Source of the DNA: Azolla caroliniana
Lineage: Eukaryota; Plantae; Polypodiophyta
Length of the DNA stretch: 64,000 nt
Assembly: GCA_043228905.1 (NCBI GenBank)
Contig: JBHGNT010000016.1
Coordinates: 14,136,001-14,200,000, forward strand
Direction of reading: 5' to 3'
Under the pieces are notes generated by a model, which was not told the DNA's origin, searched no databases, and was given only the letters and a program-made list of their open reading frames with translations. Position 1 is the stretch's first letter. Each line of letters begins with the position of its first letter. Positions 35,684 to 48,089 of the stretch are shown in pieces. A program made the position numbers and the translations under genes.

Positions 35684-38665
35684 ATGCACAAACTCGAAAA
35701 AGGTGCTAGAATGCACAGACAAAAACCATTGCGCGTAGAGACCCTCTATTTTCGCGAACCCAGGAGCACAGAAGCACCGAAACGCTGCAAGATCATCAGA
35801 CGAGAACCTGCGCACAGAGAACCCCCGCCTTCTGAACTCTCTCTTTCTCAACCCCGCTCTCATCACCATCCATCCTCGCCACCGCAGTCCGACCCCGACA
35901 CAGAAATGGACCCGCAAACGCTGTCGGAAGCCGCCAAGACATGGCTGAAGCAACACGGGCTCGAGGGCTTCTTGATGATGATGGAAGTACCGCCACACAA
36001 AGAAGCCGACAAAGTGATCAAGGAAATCGATACAGAGGTCATAACGGCAGAGGCGATTCGAGCGTTAACAGGCCTTCCAGAGGGAGGCATACTCACGATC
36101 GACAATCCCAACCCGGAGCAACTCATCAGGTATTTTGGTGAGTACTCTCTAGCCAACAAGGGCTACCGGACACAGGGCGGCGGAGATATGCTGTTCCGCG
36201 AAATTGCTCGTGTGCTCCATGAATACGGCCACGTATACCCTAGACCCCCTGTCATGCCGCAGAACCGGGCAGGGATGATCATCGCCACCTATGAAGGGAT
36301 CAAGGTGGATTGGTCGGTATTGATTGCCGACATGTTGTGTGCGGCGATCGAGATCGTCAGAGGCAAAGACGGCAAAGAAGGCCGAGACAGACAAAGGATA
36401 TGGCACGCCGTAACGCAGTGGCTCATCTTGCTGGTGCCACCAGTTCAGACCGTCCAGCCCAAGAAGCGAGGAAGAGTGCCGGACGGCACCCCAAGGACGG
36501 CTTCCAAACGGCAACAGCTGTTGGCCTCTAAGGCCAGTAAGGGAAAGGCGGTGGATGCAAAACAGGCGGCAGCAAGAAGCGGAAGCCGGAAGCGCCCAAC
36601 GGAGGCGCAGGAGGAACCACCGGCACGGCCTGTAACGGTCACACTCCGCCGACCGGTGAATCGAGAAGTGAGCCCCTTGGCGGCAAAACTCAATGCCGGA
36701 GCTCAGGAGGAGGAAATAGAGGAGGAGCCTACGGAGCACCTCCAGCGACGGTCGTCGGCAAGGACCGTTGAGACAGCCGGGAAACGTTCGGACCCTCAGA
36801 CAGAGGGAACACCGGCTCCCCATACTGAGACTCCTACGCCAAGGAAGGAACCGGAACCGGTGCAGATGGCACCGGAAACAGAAGCCCCGGCACCACCGGC
36901 AACACCGGCAAGTCCCATCCCGCCAGAGCCAGAAAGGTCACTGCAGCCTCCCTCGGTCAGCCAAGAAGAAGCGCAAGGGGAACCAGGACAACAGGATGAT
37001 CCACGGGCAGAAACGGAACTGCAACTCGGCGCAACCAGGCGGGACCACCCCTCTACAAGTGAGCCCATCTATCAAACCTCCGTGCAAGCACAACAAGGCA
37101 CCGGTAGCCTGTGGCTCCGGTGGATAGGCGAACAGATAGCCGGAGTAGTGGGGTATATAGAGGCGGAAGAAAGAGCGCAAAGCGAACGGTTGCTCGTCAC
37201 AACCGAACAACTAGAGACGGCCCAGTCCAGAATCCGGTGCCTTGAAAAAGATTTGGATTAGGTCACGATAGAGATGGCCAAAATACGGATCCAATCACCG
37301 GTGACTCCGGTAAGTGTACAGAATAATGAAACGGTACGACCTGTACATAGGAATAAGACCTCGGCAACGGAAACCGTTCCGGCGAGTGATGCGGCGCAAG
37401 CTCAGGAGCTTGCGGAATTAAGAGAGGAACTTGCCGCACAAGAAGCGCTAAGGAGCCGGGAACGAGAATTGAAGACGGCGGCCGAAGCCGAATTAAAGAA
37501 GACTGCTGAGAACCTCTACCGGGCAGAGGAGAGCCTCCGGAAAGGCCATCAAGCATACAACCGGCTAAAGGAGGAGAAAGACAAAGTGCTGCAGGAAAAG
37601 GATAAGCTGTGGAAAACAGCGGAAACAGAGATTGAACGGCTAAAGGAAGAGCTCCGCCAGCAGAAGGACCGCGAGGACCGGGCCCGTCGGTAGATCAACG
37701 CACGGCTCAAGCAAAAGACGGATGATTTTGAGCACCTGCACCGGGACTACAAACGGCTGGAAACGGAGCATAAAGAACGGATGGTCGAGCTCCAGCAGGC
37801 AAATGATCGGGCCGCGACGGCGATCGCCGACGAACGGGCGGAAAATACAAGACGCTTGGAAGAGGCGGAGAAGGTCCGGATGGAGCTCCAGAAGCAACAG
37901 CAGGAAGACAAAGAGAGAGCGTCAACAGTATTGTAGAAATTACAGAGTACATATCAACGGCAATTGACGCATTACAAGGCGCAGGCGGAGGACAACGTAA
38001 AAATCATCAAACAACTGAAGGAGGAACGGCAAGCGGCGGAAACCAAATCGCAATTGGGAACGAGCCGGATTCAGTCCATTCTCCGGGCATGGTTGAATCA
38101 GACAAAGCACTTGATTGATGAAAGCTCCGTAAAATGGTGGACAAAGTGGGCACAAAACGCGACGGAACTCCAGTTGCTACGGGGTGGATGTGGCAAACCG
38201 GCGGAAGGAAGGAGATGACTGTTATACGTTGACTTCCGAGGACTTCACCGCCATACAGGACGAGCTGGCCGACGACTTCCAAGTCCTGGCAGATGAAAAG
38301 CTGGCGCAGGTCAGGCAGCTCGTAGCTCAGCTGGACGCTCAAATTCAGTTTGAAAGTTACGAGCGGTCCCGGGTACGGGAAGAAAAAGCAAGGGAAGTGA
38401 CAACGGTTAACCTTAGTGATGAGGAACCGTCGCCGGCTGAGGGCCAGCCGGGAACCAGTCAACCGGAGACCACTACGACGCAGGGAGCAACGATGGAGAC
38501 GTCGGGGTCAGAGCCACAAACGGAGGAGCAGCCGCAGCAACCACCAACGGACCCGCCACAGTAGACAGCAACAGAGTAGCAACAACAACAACAACAACAA
38601 CCACTTCCAGATGAACCATTGGAGCCTCTCGAACAAAGCATTCTGGACATTTTGGACGAAGAATA
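35684..38665 (+). pseudogene. Extra ORF of the gypsy element (~900+ aa originally; globular N-terminus, Pro/Glu-rich linker, long coiled coil), function unknown
   Basis: ORFs 35684-37261, 37274-37693 and 37964-38218 share one frame and are separated only by TAG stops; one frameshift at ~38185 leads into 38184-38564. Confidence 0.8.
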
Positions 38666-39559
38666 GCAAGGGTCAGTTGTGGATTCGACGTACAAGGTAC
38701 TGTCCCACAGGCGTGCCATGTGTTACCGGCCGGCAAAGGAGTCCAGAGTGGGAAACGGAGAGCTAATTAAGTAGAAGGAATGTGGTTGTAATTAAGCTAT
38801 GAGTGTGGACGGACGGACCGGAATCGGTATGCCGTTCCGGATCTGGACCGATCCCGAACAGGTGTGGATGGCACCGTTTTGTAATACAGACCGGAAACCT
38901 ATTTAAAGGCCCGAATACAATGTAATAGTTAGCGGTTAATTAATGGAAGCTTAAGCGTTGTTATATCTCTGTGTTAATTGCCGTTCTGTCTTAATTGTTA
39001 TATCTTACGCGTGTTATGAAGACGATCCTAATAAGTAACTTGATTAAGTCGGAATAAGCGTTGAAGTCTAATCCGGTTGCCGTAACACCCTTTGGTGAAG
39101 TGTCTCCCGTAGACACCCTGTGTTAGGCCATTGTCCGGCCCGAAGAGTTAACAGTACCAAAAGTTTGACTCCTAAATCAGGAAGCTTGGATACTATTGAT
39201 CCGACTTTGACCCATGTATGTATACTCGGCAACTAGCCGATGAGTCTCGAATCTACCTGCTCCTATATGTCGATGACATATTGATTGTAGGGAGAAATCA
39301 AGTTGAAATCAGAAAGCAAAAGCAAAGCCTTCACGGCAAGTTCGCAATGAAGGAACTTGGATCAGCCCAACACATATTGGGCATGATGATCAAGCGAAAT
39401 CGGAAAACACAGACTCTCTGACTCTCCCAATCCAACTACATCCACAAAGTGATGAAGTGCTTGAACATGGAGAACGCGAAGCCAACACCAACACCGCTTC
39501 TGACGTCGATTCAACTATCGAATAAAGACTCTCCTTCGACTGATAAGGAGAAAGAAAGG

Positions 39560-42500
39560 AAGGAAGAAAGAAAGATATATTAACGTCTTCTGAGGCAAAT
39601 TTTGGCCCATGAGACAAATGTTTTACAACAAAAAATGGGATATTTACCCACTCATCAAGAATAATAAATAAATAAAAATAAGATAAAATAGAGTTTAATC
39701 TAAATAGTTCTAGTAAAATAATGAACATGTTCTATATAAAAATCATGTTCTACAATGAAAATGTTATGCTAGGCCTAATTTCATTTCCATCCATGTCTCT
39801 CGAATAGAAGCGGGAGGTCAAAGGGTTGCGATGTGGATGTGGCCCGTGATGTCAATGTAAAAGGTACCCCAACCATAGCTTCTAGTCGAAATAGCTCAGG
39901 TTCCCTTATCTTCTTAATCTTTTCTACTCCACGCCGACCTTTTTTGAAGCCCAACATCCGAGGGCATTTAGTTGTTCTTTGCCTTTTTGCTTCCTCAAGA
40001 GAGAGGCCGAGAGGCGTAAGTGTATCCACATACATCGTCTCCCCTTGTTCCTGAAAATTTACAGTAGTTACATGTTGATGAATAGTAAAAGGGTTATGGT
40101 TAACACTTTGTAATTTATTCTCCCTATGTTTTTTTAGCACTAAAATATACCTACCTAGTCTCTTTACACTCGGGGTATCTAATAGTTTGGAGAGGGTGGG
40201 AGAGGGTCCTAATATGTCTTGGTATTCCGCTCGTATCTCGGCATAAGTTGGGCACTTGCATGTGAAATGATGCTCATCCTCTATCTCTATGTGGCATAAC
40301 CTACATAGCCTTTCCTCTCTAGGGACTCTATTAGCTCAACCATTCTCAATCTTAAGTTGGTGAGATGATATCCTAAGTTGTCCAATGGCCACCCTTAGTG
40401 CATTTTAAGAATGTATCTAGATATCTTGGTCGTGTAATAAAGCCTTACTTAGAAAAGTGCAAGAAGTGTTCCTTATAGTACAAAATTTTCGATGGGAGTG
40501 GCTCTCATGGGGTGATCCATTTATATCGAGTGTACATTTGCCATACTTCTTGGTGTATCACTTTAAAACTATCTTCATGAGAGAGAGTTTGATCAGTCCC
40601 ATGGTTGTAGTTAAGGGGGGGTAGGTTATTAATATCTATGCAATTTGCAAGTAACCAACTCACCACAGTGCTATACCAAGAGCTAGTGTCTACAGACGCA
40701 TGTAGGGATCGGGATGCCTCAAAGGCTCGACGGGATATCCTATCTTGTGGTTGGCTATGTATCCGATGAATAAAAACTACCACTTGAAAGAGTGCTTCTA
40801 CTAACATCAGGGGTAGAGTGAACTCTACTCTAATAATGTCATGTGGTACTATCGATTTGCTTCAGAGTTGACGTGATAACATCGTTACCAAAGGTCTCTC
40901 TAATTGCGTCCACGTGAAAGATGGTAGACACGGAGCCCATACTACTGATGCATACATGAGGGAAGGGGTCACTAATGAGTTGAAGAGCCATCCCTTGGTC
41001 CATGACTCTTGAAAGTATGCCTGGTGGCATTGTCTCTCTAAGAGTAAGAGGGATGAATACCTGAGTCATCTCTGGCTGCTTGGGTCATCGAAAATTTACT
41101 TGAGTGAGCACTAAAAGTGACTCCCACGTATACATATGATCCAACTACCTCAACTAGTTTATGAGAGAGGGTTAGGTGACATTTACTCCTAACTTAGGAC
41201 GATGTATGAAAGATAAGGACTTTAGTTTTGTTGAGAGACAAGCTCAACATCAGCCAGATCGGCTGAAGAAGCCGAGGACCGGATCGGTTGGGACCGATCG
41301 GTTAGGCCGAATGCGTAAACCGGTATGCAGACCGGCGCGTAGGTAGGACCGGATCGGTGTGGAAACCGGGAGGCCGTTAGGAAAGATATTCCGTGAGGAA
41401 TATATTTGGGAGTTAGTGTAGGAGCTCTCAATGAGCATTGAAGTATTGTTAGTACTTCTGTCAGTCCTTCTCGGACTTGTATAAAAGTGTTCATTGAACA
41501 CACATATGTATAGAGTGGTGAATAGAGATTGGGTACTTTTGTTGAATATAGTTCTTGTGTTCTCTCTCTCTCTCACTCACTCTCTCAGTCTCTCCCGCGT
41601 ATACTGCGTAAGCTCAAGCTCTCCATTAAACCTGAGTTTTCTGCCTTCTGTTCGGTCTTCATACTTGCTTCCGCATGCTACTTTTTACATGGTATCAGAG
41701 CGCAAGGGTTGAGAACCTCTCTGCAGCCGACACAGCTTGACGAAGAAGAACAATGGATAGAGGCATGGCGAGCTCGCTTCCAACAGAGAAGCTTGACAGA
41801 ACCAACTACGCGTATTGGTCCTACAAGATGCACCAATACCTTCTCGGGCAGACTACTGGAGTTATGTTGAAGGAGCTAATGACGCGGCACCCGAATCGAC
41901 ACACAGAGACTTCCCGTCGTGGGAGCAATCGGCAAGCAGGGTATTATACTACTTTGCGTTTGGACTCTAATGTGTTTCTACTAAAAAAAGTATATCAGAT
42001 ACCTTCAGAATTTCCTCTAGACGGCTAGGGTGTGTCCAAAGTGCACCGTTACAGTTCCATAAGGTCATCCTAAGTTTATTGTTTGTCACATGGGCCACAC
42101 GCCGTCAATTGGCAATGCGATCATTTATTATCACACGTCTGTCTCGGTAAAAAGCACGGTGCCCCTCTTTACAAGCTCGTATGACTCGTGGCATACAAGT
42201 TTTACGATGCTCAATTTGCATCTTGGTCAAGTCTTCATCGAGGTAGATAGGGTCCCCACCCAATCCTCGAAGAATTGGTCTTTGTTTCAAAAAGGTGATT
42301 CTAGATTCTGAGTCCTTAAATTGAAGGACTAAAGCTCTTTTCCTAGTGGTGTCACATCCTACCCTCCAAGTTTTAGCGATTGGTAAGGCTTCGTACCCCA
42401 ACATCTTCCCTAATGTTTGTGCATCTTCATTGGGATATGCCCCTTCCTTGAGCCTAGTAACTCTTACGTTTAGACGTCGAGCTTGACGCATTTTTTCCTC

Positions 42501-42880
42501 CTCAAGGGTGGTGTTTACAATATTTTCATCCTTTAGTTCCTTTTTCATATTACGTTTTACTACATCAACACACCCAGTTTTTGCTAATTCCATATCGCTT
42601 TTAACCTCTTCCTTAACCTTTTTTGTCTCGTCCTTTCATTTAGGGAAGATAGTTCACCATCCTCCCTAGATGTCTCAAGGTCCTTAACTTGTTTTTGAAG
42701 TTTTGCGTTATCTACTTTACGCTCCGCTATTTCAACAATAAGTTGTTCTTTTTCTTCATTATCTTTTTGTTTTTCGGCTTCAATCTCTTTCGCCCATTTT
42801 TCTATTTTAATTAACAACGGCAACTCTGGCACAAATCAAACAATGGCCCATTTTTCTATTTTAATTAACATTTATACTCT
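39560..42880 (-). mobile_element. LINE retrotransposon (RTEX/L2/CR1-like architecture), internally deleted and interrupted by a copia fragment
   Basis: ORF1: coiled coil plus RRLNVRV...LVLQF...IYLDEDLT (42105-42832). ORF2 start LWNCNG...DILFLVETH (APE endonuclease, ~41960-42085). RT end YVYVGVTF, LFNSLVTPSLMYASVVWAP (~40930-41200). C-terminal LRISSHQLKIE..REERLCRLC..EDEHHFTCKC (40245-40395); stop at 39781; (TTTC)-like tail near 39550-39575. Confidence 0.82.
41229..41957 (+). mobile_element. Copia family B 5' fragment: LTR 41229-41689, PBS, start of gag
   Basis: TGTTGAGAGACAAGCTCAAC...TTTTACA, then TGGTATCAGAGC; gag MASSLPTEKLDRTNYAYWSYKM; truncated by a deletion into the LINE. Confidence 0.88.
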
Positions 42881-44464
42881 CTCGTCTACTCAACCGACGA
42901 CGCCGTCAGAGGTGTAGGTGACAGCGATGGTTAACAACAGCAACTATGGCACAAATCAAACGATGGTGGTGGCAAAAGACAATAGCGGCAAACGACGGCG
43001 GCAGATGACGATAGCGACAATGTCAGACTGCAACGGCGGCAGCGAGGGCGATCGACGACGATGGCGAGAGTCGTCGACGACGACGATAGACAACAGCGGT
43101 GGCAGTAACGATGGTGACGACGGCAGACAGCAGAAAGAGTCGTTACAGCAGCGTGAGAGAGAGTCATTTAGTTACAGTAGCATAAGAGAGAGAGAGAGAG
43201 AGAGCTCAATGGAAAGATACCTTATGCATCGGTAGTAGGAAGTATCTTGTACGTGATGGTGGCGACGCGACCTGACCTTGCATATGCCATAGGGGTCGTC
43301 AGCTGGTACATGTCAAACCAAGGATGGAAGCTTTGGGAGGCCATCAAGCACATCTTCGGATACCTAAGAGGGACCGAAGATGCACAACTGACTTTCGGAT
43401 TGGCAAACCTGACCGAAGTTGAAGGCTATATTGACTCTGACTATGCCTGAAATACGGAAAATCAGAAGTTGACATCAGGCTATGTTTTCACCTATGGCGG
43501 CACGCCATATCATGGAGGTTGAAGCTGCAAGAATGCACGGACCTATCTAATACAGAGGCCGAGTACATAGCAACATGAGAGGCAATGAAGGAAGCAATAT
43601 GGTTGCACCGTCTGTCAGCCAACTTCTCAGCAACAAGTCGAATCAGCCACCCACCACTGACCATCTATTCTGACTCATAGAGCACAACACACCTCATTCG
43701 AAACCCAATCTATCACGCAAAGACGAAACACACATGAGGTGTGGTATCATGACAGCCGAGAGCTTGTAACAGAGAACAAACTCAAAGTTTGAAAGATCAA
43801 CACCAACGTGAACATCGTCGATTGCTTAATGAAGCCACTCCCAAAACAATGCTTTGGAGCACTAAGGAAAAAGATGGGACTAATACAAGCGACCAAGTCG
43901 AAGAGTGCGGAGCAAGGAGCAGAAGGTAAGTCGACCCAACCGATTCAGACTAACCAATCCAAATGAGTAGCCAAATCAAGCTAGATACCGATTCTACCTC
44001 TGCCCACTTGGCTATACGCTGATTGACTTGTAATTATAACTTTAGATTTTTATTGTAATCTAGGTTTACAGGGGAGATAACCATACAATTATATGTAGAA
44101 AGAGTAGTCTTTTACAGGGGAGTTTATTGGCATAAAAGGCCGACTCCTAGCACTTTGTATCTAAGTGTGAACACGTCCAAATACTTAGTGCTTAGTATAC
44201 AAGCTCTAACCTAACACTGTAACATTGACCTCTTCTTGTATCGTCTTTGAGAGTGTAAGAGTTACAGAATAACGAGAGCTTCCATTAGAGCTTGAATTGT
44301 GTCTACGTTTCCAACATTTCTTCTATCATACTCTGTGTGTTGTTTGTTGTGCATATAACCGACAGGTTCGCACATACTTTTGCATACATATCAAACACCA
44401 TATTTCCATCAATGGATCGGTTGGTATCCACATCAGCCGACATGTCCGAATCAATATAACCTTA

Positions 44465-45500
44465 TGTCGAGAAGCAAGTTTAACATGGGTCGGATCGGCT
44501 GAACAAGCTGAGAGCCGGATCGGATTGGTGGACCAAATCGGAGAGCAGGATCGAAGAACTGGTAGGTTGTTAGAGGCCTACGATCCTAGCTTAGTACATA
44601 GGCATATTTTTGGGAGTTAGTGTCTGTTGCTCAATTATGAGCATTGAAGTACATGTTAGTACTTCTATCAATCCTTTTAAGGACTTGTATAAAAGTGCTC
44701 TCTGAGCACATTTGTATGTACAAAGTATTATTTTGAATATGAGTTTTCTCTGTTGTGCTCTCTCAATCTCTCCCATGTACTCACTCACTCTCTCAACATT
44801 GTTTCTCTGTGTTTACTGTTCTTTGTTGCTATCCGGCTGAGCCGGTAGTGTTTGTGTAGCTTCCACAGACTATTCTTTTCATGGTATTAGACTGCGAGGG
44901 TTGAGAATCCTCTGCTACCGACCAACACTCAAACACAGACAAACCTTAACGCCCGGTTGAGAACAGAAAAGAAGAAGAAAATGGACAAAGGAATGACAAG
45001 CTCATTTCTGACGGAGAAGCTCAATCGGAGCAACTATGCATATTGGTCTTGCAAGATGCACTAGTCTCTTCTTGGACACGGATATTGTAGCTATGCGGAA
45101 GGAGTGAACGAAGTAGCGCCAGATTCGGCATACAATGATTTCCCGGCTTGGGAACAAGGAGCGAGCAACGTTCTCTACTGTCTTGTGTCTTGTGTGCAAT
45201 ACCAAATGCTAGGCTACATTCGGGATGAGAAGACGGTGAAGGAGGCCTGGGAAAATCTAAAAATGATTTTTGCCACAAGTACCACGGCCCGAAAGTTGGC
45301 GCTCGAACAAAAGCTCAACAATATTCGACAAAGGGATATGTTGGTGATCAACTACACCACGAAGATCAAGGAGATATGCAATGCCCTAGAATCCATCAAC
45401 ATGACTGTGGAAGAGGATGAAATGGTGCTGATCTACCTCGGTGGTCTAGCGCAAAGGTATGGCCGATCCGGACCACTATTTGCACACGTCATTGGACACA
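44465..45500 (+). mobile_element. Copia family B 5' fragment: LTR 44465-44881, degenerate PBS, partial gag
   Basis: LTR similar to 41229-41689; TGGTATTAGA at 44882; gag EKLNRSNYAYWS..., EAWENLK..TSTTARKL. Confidence 0.85.
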
Positions 45501-46521
45501 TTAGGGACTACGTCGAGACTCAATCCTCATGATGATGAACTCTTGAAGCAAGCGCTCTAGTATTAGGTTATTGTGCATAATCTGTTTCTCTAGTTTATCT
45601 GTATTATTTGTTGGACACTAACGTACAGGTCATTAACATCTCCAACTGCTGCACCAACATTATATATATACCAACAACGAAAGTATGAAGAATATCTCAA
45701 ATAATGTAAAATATTTGAAGAAGATGATACCATAAGTGGCACCATAGAGGTGCTCTCATGGTGACACTCTAGAGGAGTTGGAGAGTGTGGTATCGTTGGC
45801 CCTTCATGAGACCCGTTAGGATGCGAGTTTTTTTTGTGAGGCCAAACTCTACGTTACTAGAAGGCATCATGAATTTGTGGTAGACGACATCCTTAAGGAG
45901 GTAGAAATTGTTGTTCTAGATGCTACTTCATGTGTTCGCTCATGCTAGATGGAGGATGATCATGATCAAGGCAAAAGTATATTTCCAAGATCTATCATTT
46001 TTACTCATCCTTGAATGCTAATTTGGAGGGTTGTGGTATCAAAAAATCTTCAATAACCCCAAGTCTCCTTTTCTGGACTCTACTTGGATATTGTGTGTTA
46101 TGTTTCTTGTATTTACGCATTGTCTAAAAAATGCCTTTACATTGAATGAAATGGATAGCTTAGACATTACAATCATTCTCTCATGAAATATATTTAGACC
46201 TTAAACAAGCACCCATGTATTCCAAGATGGTTGAGGATATGTTATGAATGACTAAGTTTTTTTTTCCAAAAATGAATGACCGAGTTAGAATATGGTGCAA
46301 TGCTAGAATGCAAATCGAAGGCTTTGAAGAAAGTTGTTTTCTCATGCACAAACAAATTTTTTCCACCCAAGCACATGCCTTGAAAACACATTTTCTTCAA
46401 CAAACATTTTACAAAGGTAAAAGGAAAATACCAAACTTCATTGCATATATGACTTTTGATACATACATGATTCGAAAATAACTTTAAAAGTTTTTTATTT
46501 CTTCATCAATACTCATATCTT

Positions 46522-46811
46522 TTATTTGCTAGTAAATTCAGTGATATGCGATTCAAGATATGTTGCTAATATGTGTGCCTCCTCTTTCATATACTCTTGG
46601 AAGCTATCCCCAAAATTCTCATCATATTCTAGTATCCATTTAATGATGCTTGTATTTGGTTCAGTTCCAGCTAGAACTCGAATGTCGTAAGTCATGTTGG
46701 GGTTTGTATGATTTCCCAAATATCCTCCTTCCATGACAGTACCTTTGAGTTCCATTTTATCATGGTCCACGTAGTCCCATACACCCTTTATATAGTCAAA
46801 ATGAGGGAATG
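46522..46811 (-). CDS. Bet v 1 / PR-10 / MLP-like protein, exon 2 (spliced product 157 aa)
   Basis: Acceptor TTTCCCCAG ends at 46812; the frame joins correctly (K-T-FPHFDYIKGVWDYVDHDKMELKGTVMEGGYLG...SIIKWILEYD...LESHI); total CDS 474 nt with no stops. Confidence 0.88.
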
Positions 46812-48089
46812 CTGGGGAAAACCATAGCATCATAGAGTGCAGAGTTAAAAATATCTCGTATAAAAGAACACATTATTCTAGTGCAATACATAACATCTTG
46901 CGTTAAATGATTACTTCCATTTGATCAAATATCGATGTACAAGAAATTTTACAAAACAAATGGTTTAACAAGTCTAAGCCATATAGTTTAACTAGTTGAA
47001 TATACTAAAAGCACTTATTAACAATTTCCCAGAAAATTAAGCATTAACATGATTGGAACAGAAGAAATAATTCGCTTATTTTGGCATGTGCAAGGTTCAC
47101 TTAAATGGGGTTTGTCTGCTTTCTAAACAATGGCCTATTTTTTGTTTAGGCCAACAACAAGACGAAGAAATAACCACATGAGGGGAAATTAGGATATGAT
47201 AGACTTCTAATCATCCTATTGGTATATAAAGAATGTTTATAGAGTCTATTGAAATCCAGATACACCAACTTAGTGTATGGACATCCATTTACACCACTAA
47301 GTCAAACAATCTTGTGTTGGAAAAAGATTTAACGAGTCACTACTCCAACTCTCACATCACTTTGTATTCGCAACTAGCACATTAGAGCATTAAGGTTTGT
47401 GAGATACGACCTATGTATATGGGCTATGAAAACATGACCTATTTAAAGGATAGATGGTTTAATAAATTAATTAAATTTGGAAAAATATCAAATAGAATGG
47501 AAATGAATTAATTAAATTAGTAGTAGAGTGGCAACTCATGATAAACAAATGACACTATAAATCATTACAACATTACATTCAACTCACCAAGACTCCAAGT
47601 ATATCATTGCATTTATAGTACATAGACAATTTTAAAGAATGTTATTTTCTCAATGAATAACAAGTGAGTTGATGGTTTACTTAACAATAAGATTTTATAT
47701 CCATGATTTTTTCAAATGGGTAATAAGTTGATGACAATATCAAATTGATAAGTTAGTGACATATGGAGAATATGCATCTGAATCTATGTTTACTACGTGC
47801 ACGGCTATCGAAGCACCTTAAAGTTATCCATGAATCATCAAAACATGAAATCTCTTGGCATTTTTATCATTTTTAGACTATTTAGAAACATTTTACGTAT
47901 TGAGATAAATGTTTTTAATACTTCACAAAATAGATCTTCCATCATGGACTGAGTGGTTACAACTTACACATACACAACCACACTCAATGACATAATATTC
48001 CCTTGTACAAGAGATCATATCAGTTTGTAATTTGTAATATAAATAGATGTAAATACATACACACATACACAAAGATGAGGGAGTCTTAC

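Larger units (their letters stand above)
29255..39153 (+). mobile_element. Full-length Ty3/gypsy non-chromovirus element with a large extra 3' ORF
   Basis: 433-bp LTRs 29255-29687 and 38721-39153 (about 10 differences by eye); perfect TSD GTACC; PBS TGGCGACCAC at 29695; gag-PR-RT-RH-INT order; no chromodomain and no second (archaeal-type) RNase H seen. Confidence 0.96.
29040..44460 (+). mobile_element. Old degenerate copia (RT-RNase H) hosting gypsy and LINE insertions; pieces at ~29040-29254, 39154-39560 and ~43200-44460
   Basis: LEQLDVK..FLHG / LKQALRMWY | QKFD joins across TSD GTACC; LLYVDDIL; SPSTDKEKE resumes as KIPYASVVGS...ATRPDLAYAIG at ~43205; RNase H to ~43900; PPT ACAGGGGAG at ~44114, probable 3' LTR from ~44125. 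Confidence 0.75.

Noticed and set aside
35684-38665. Envelope gene (endogenous retrovirus-like)
   Set aside because: No signal peptide or transmembrane segment is visible; the protein is hydrophilic and coiled-coil.
38702-38718. A genuine tRNA gene
   Set aside because: Only the 3'-terminal ~17 nt including CCA resemble tRNA; there is no D-arm, anticodon arm or complete B-box upstream.
47923-48089. C-terminal half of the 116-aa ORF 47923-48273 as coding
   Set aside because: It is read-through into the intron; splicing at 48089 to 46812 gives the proper Bet v 1-like protein.
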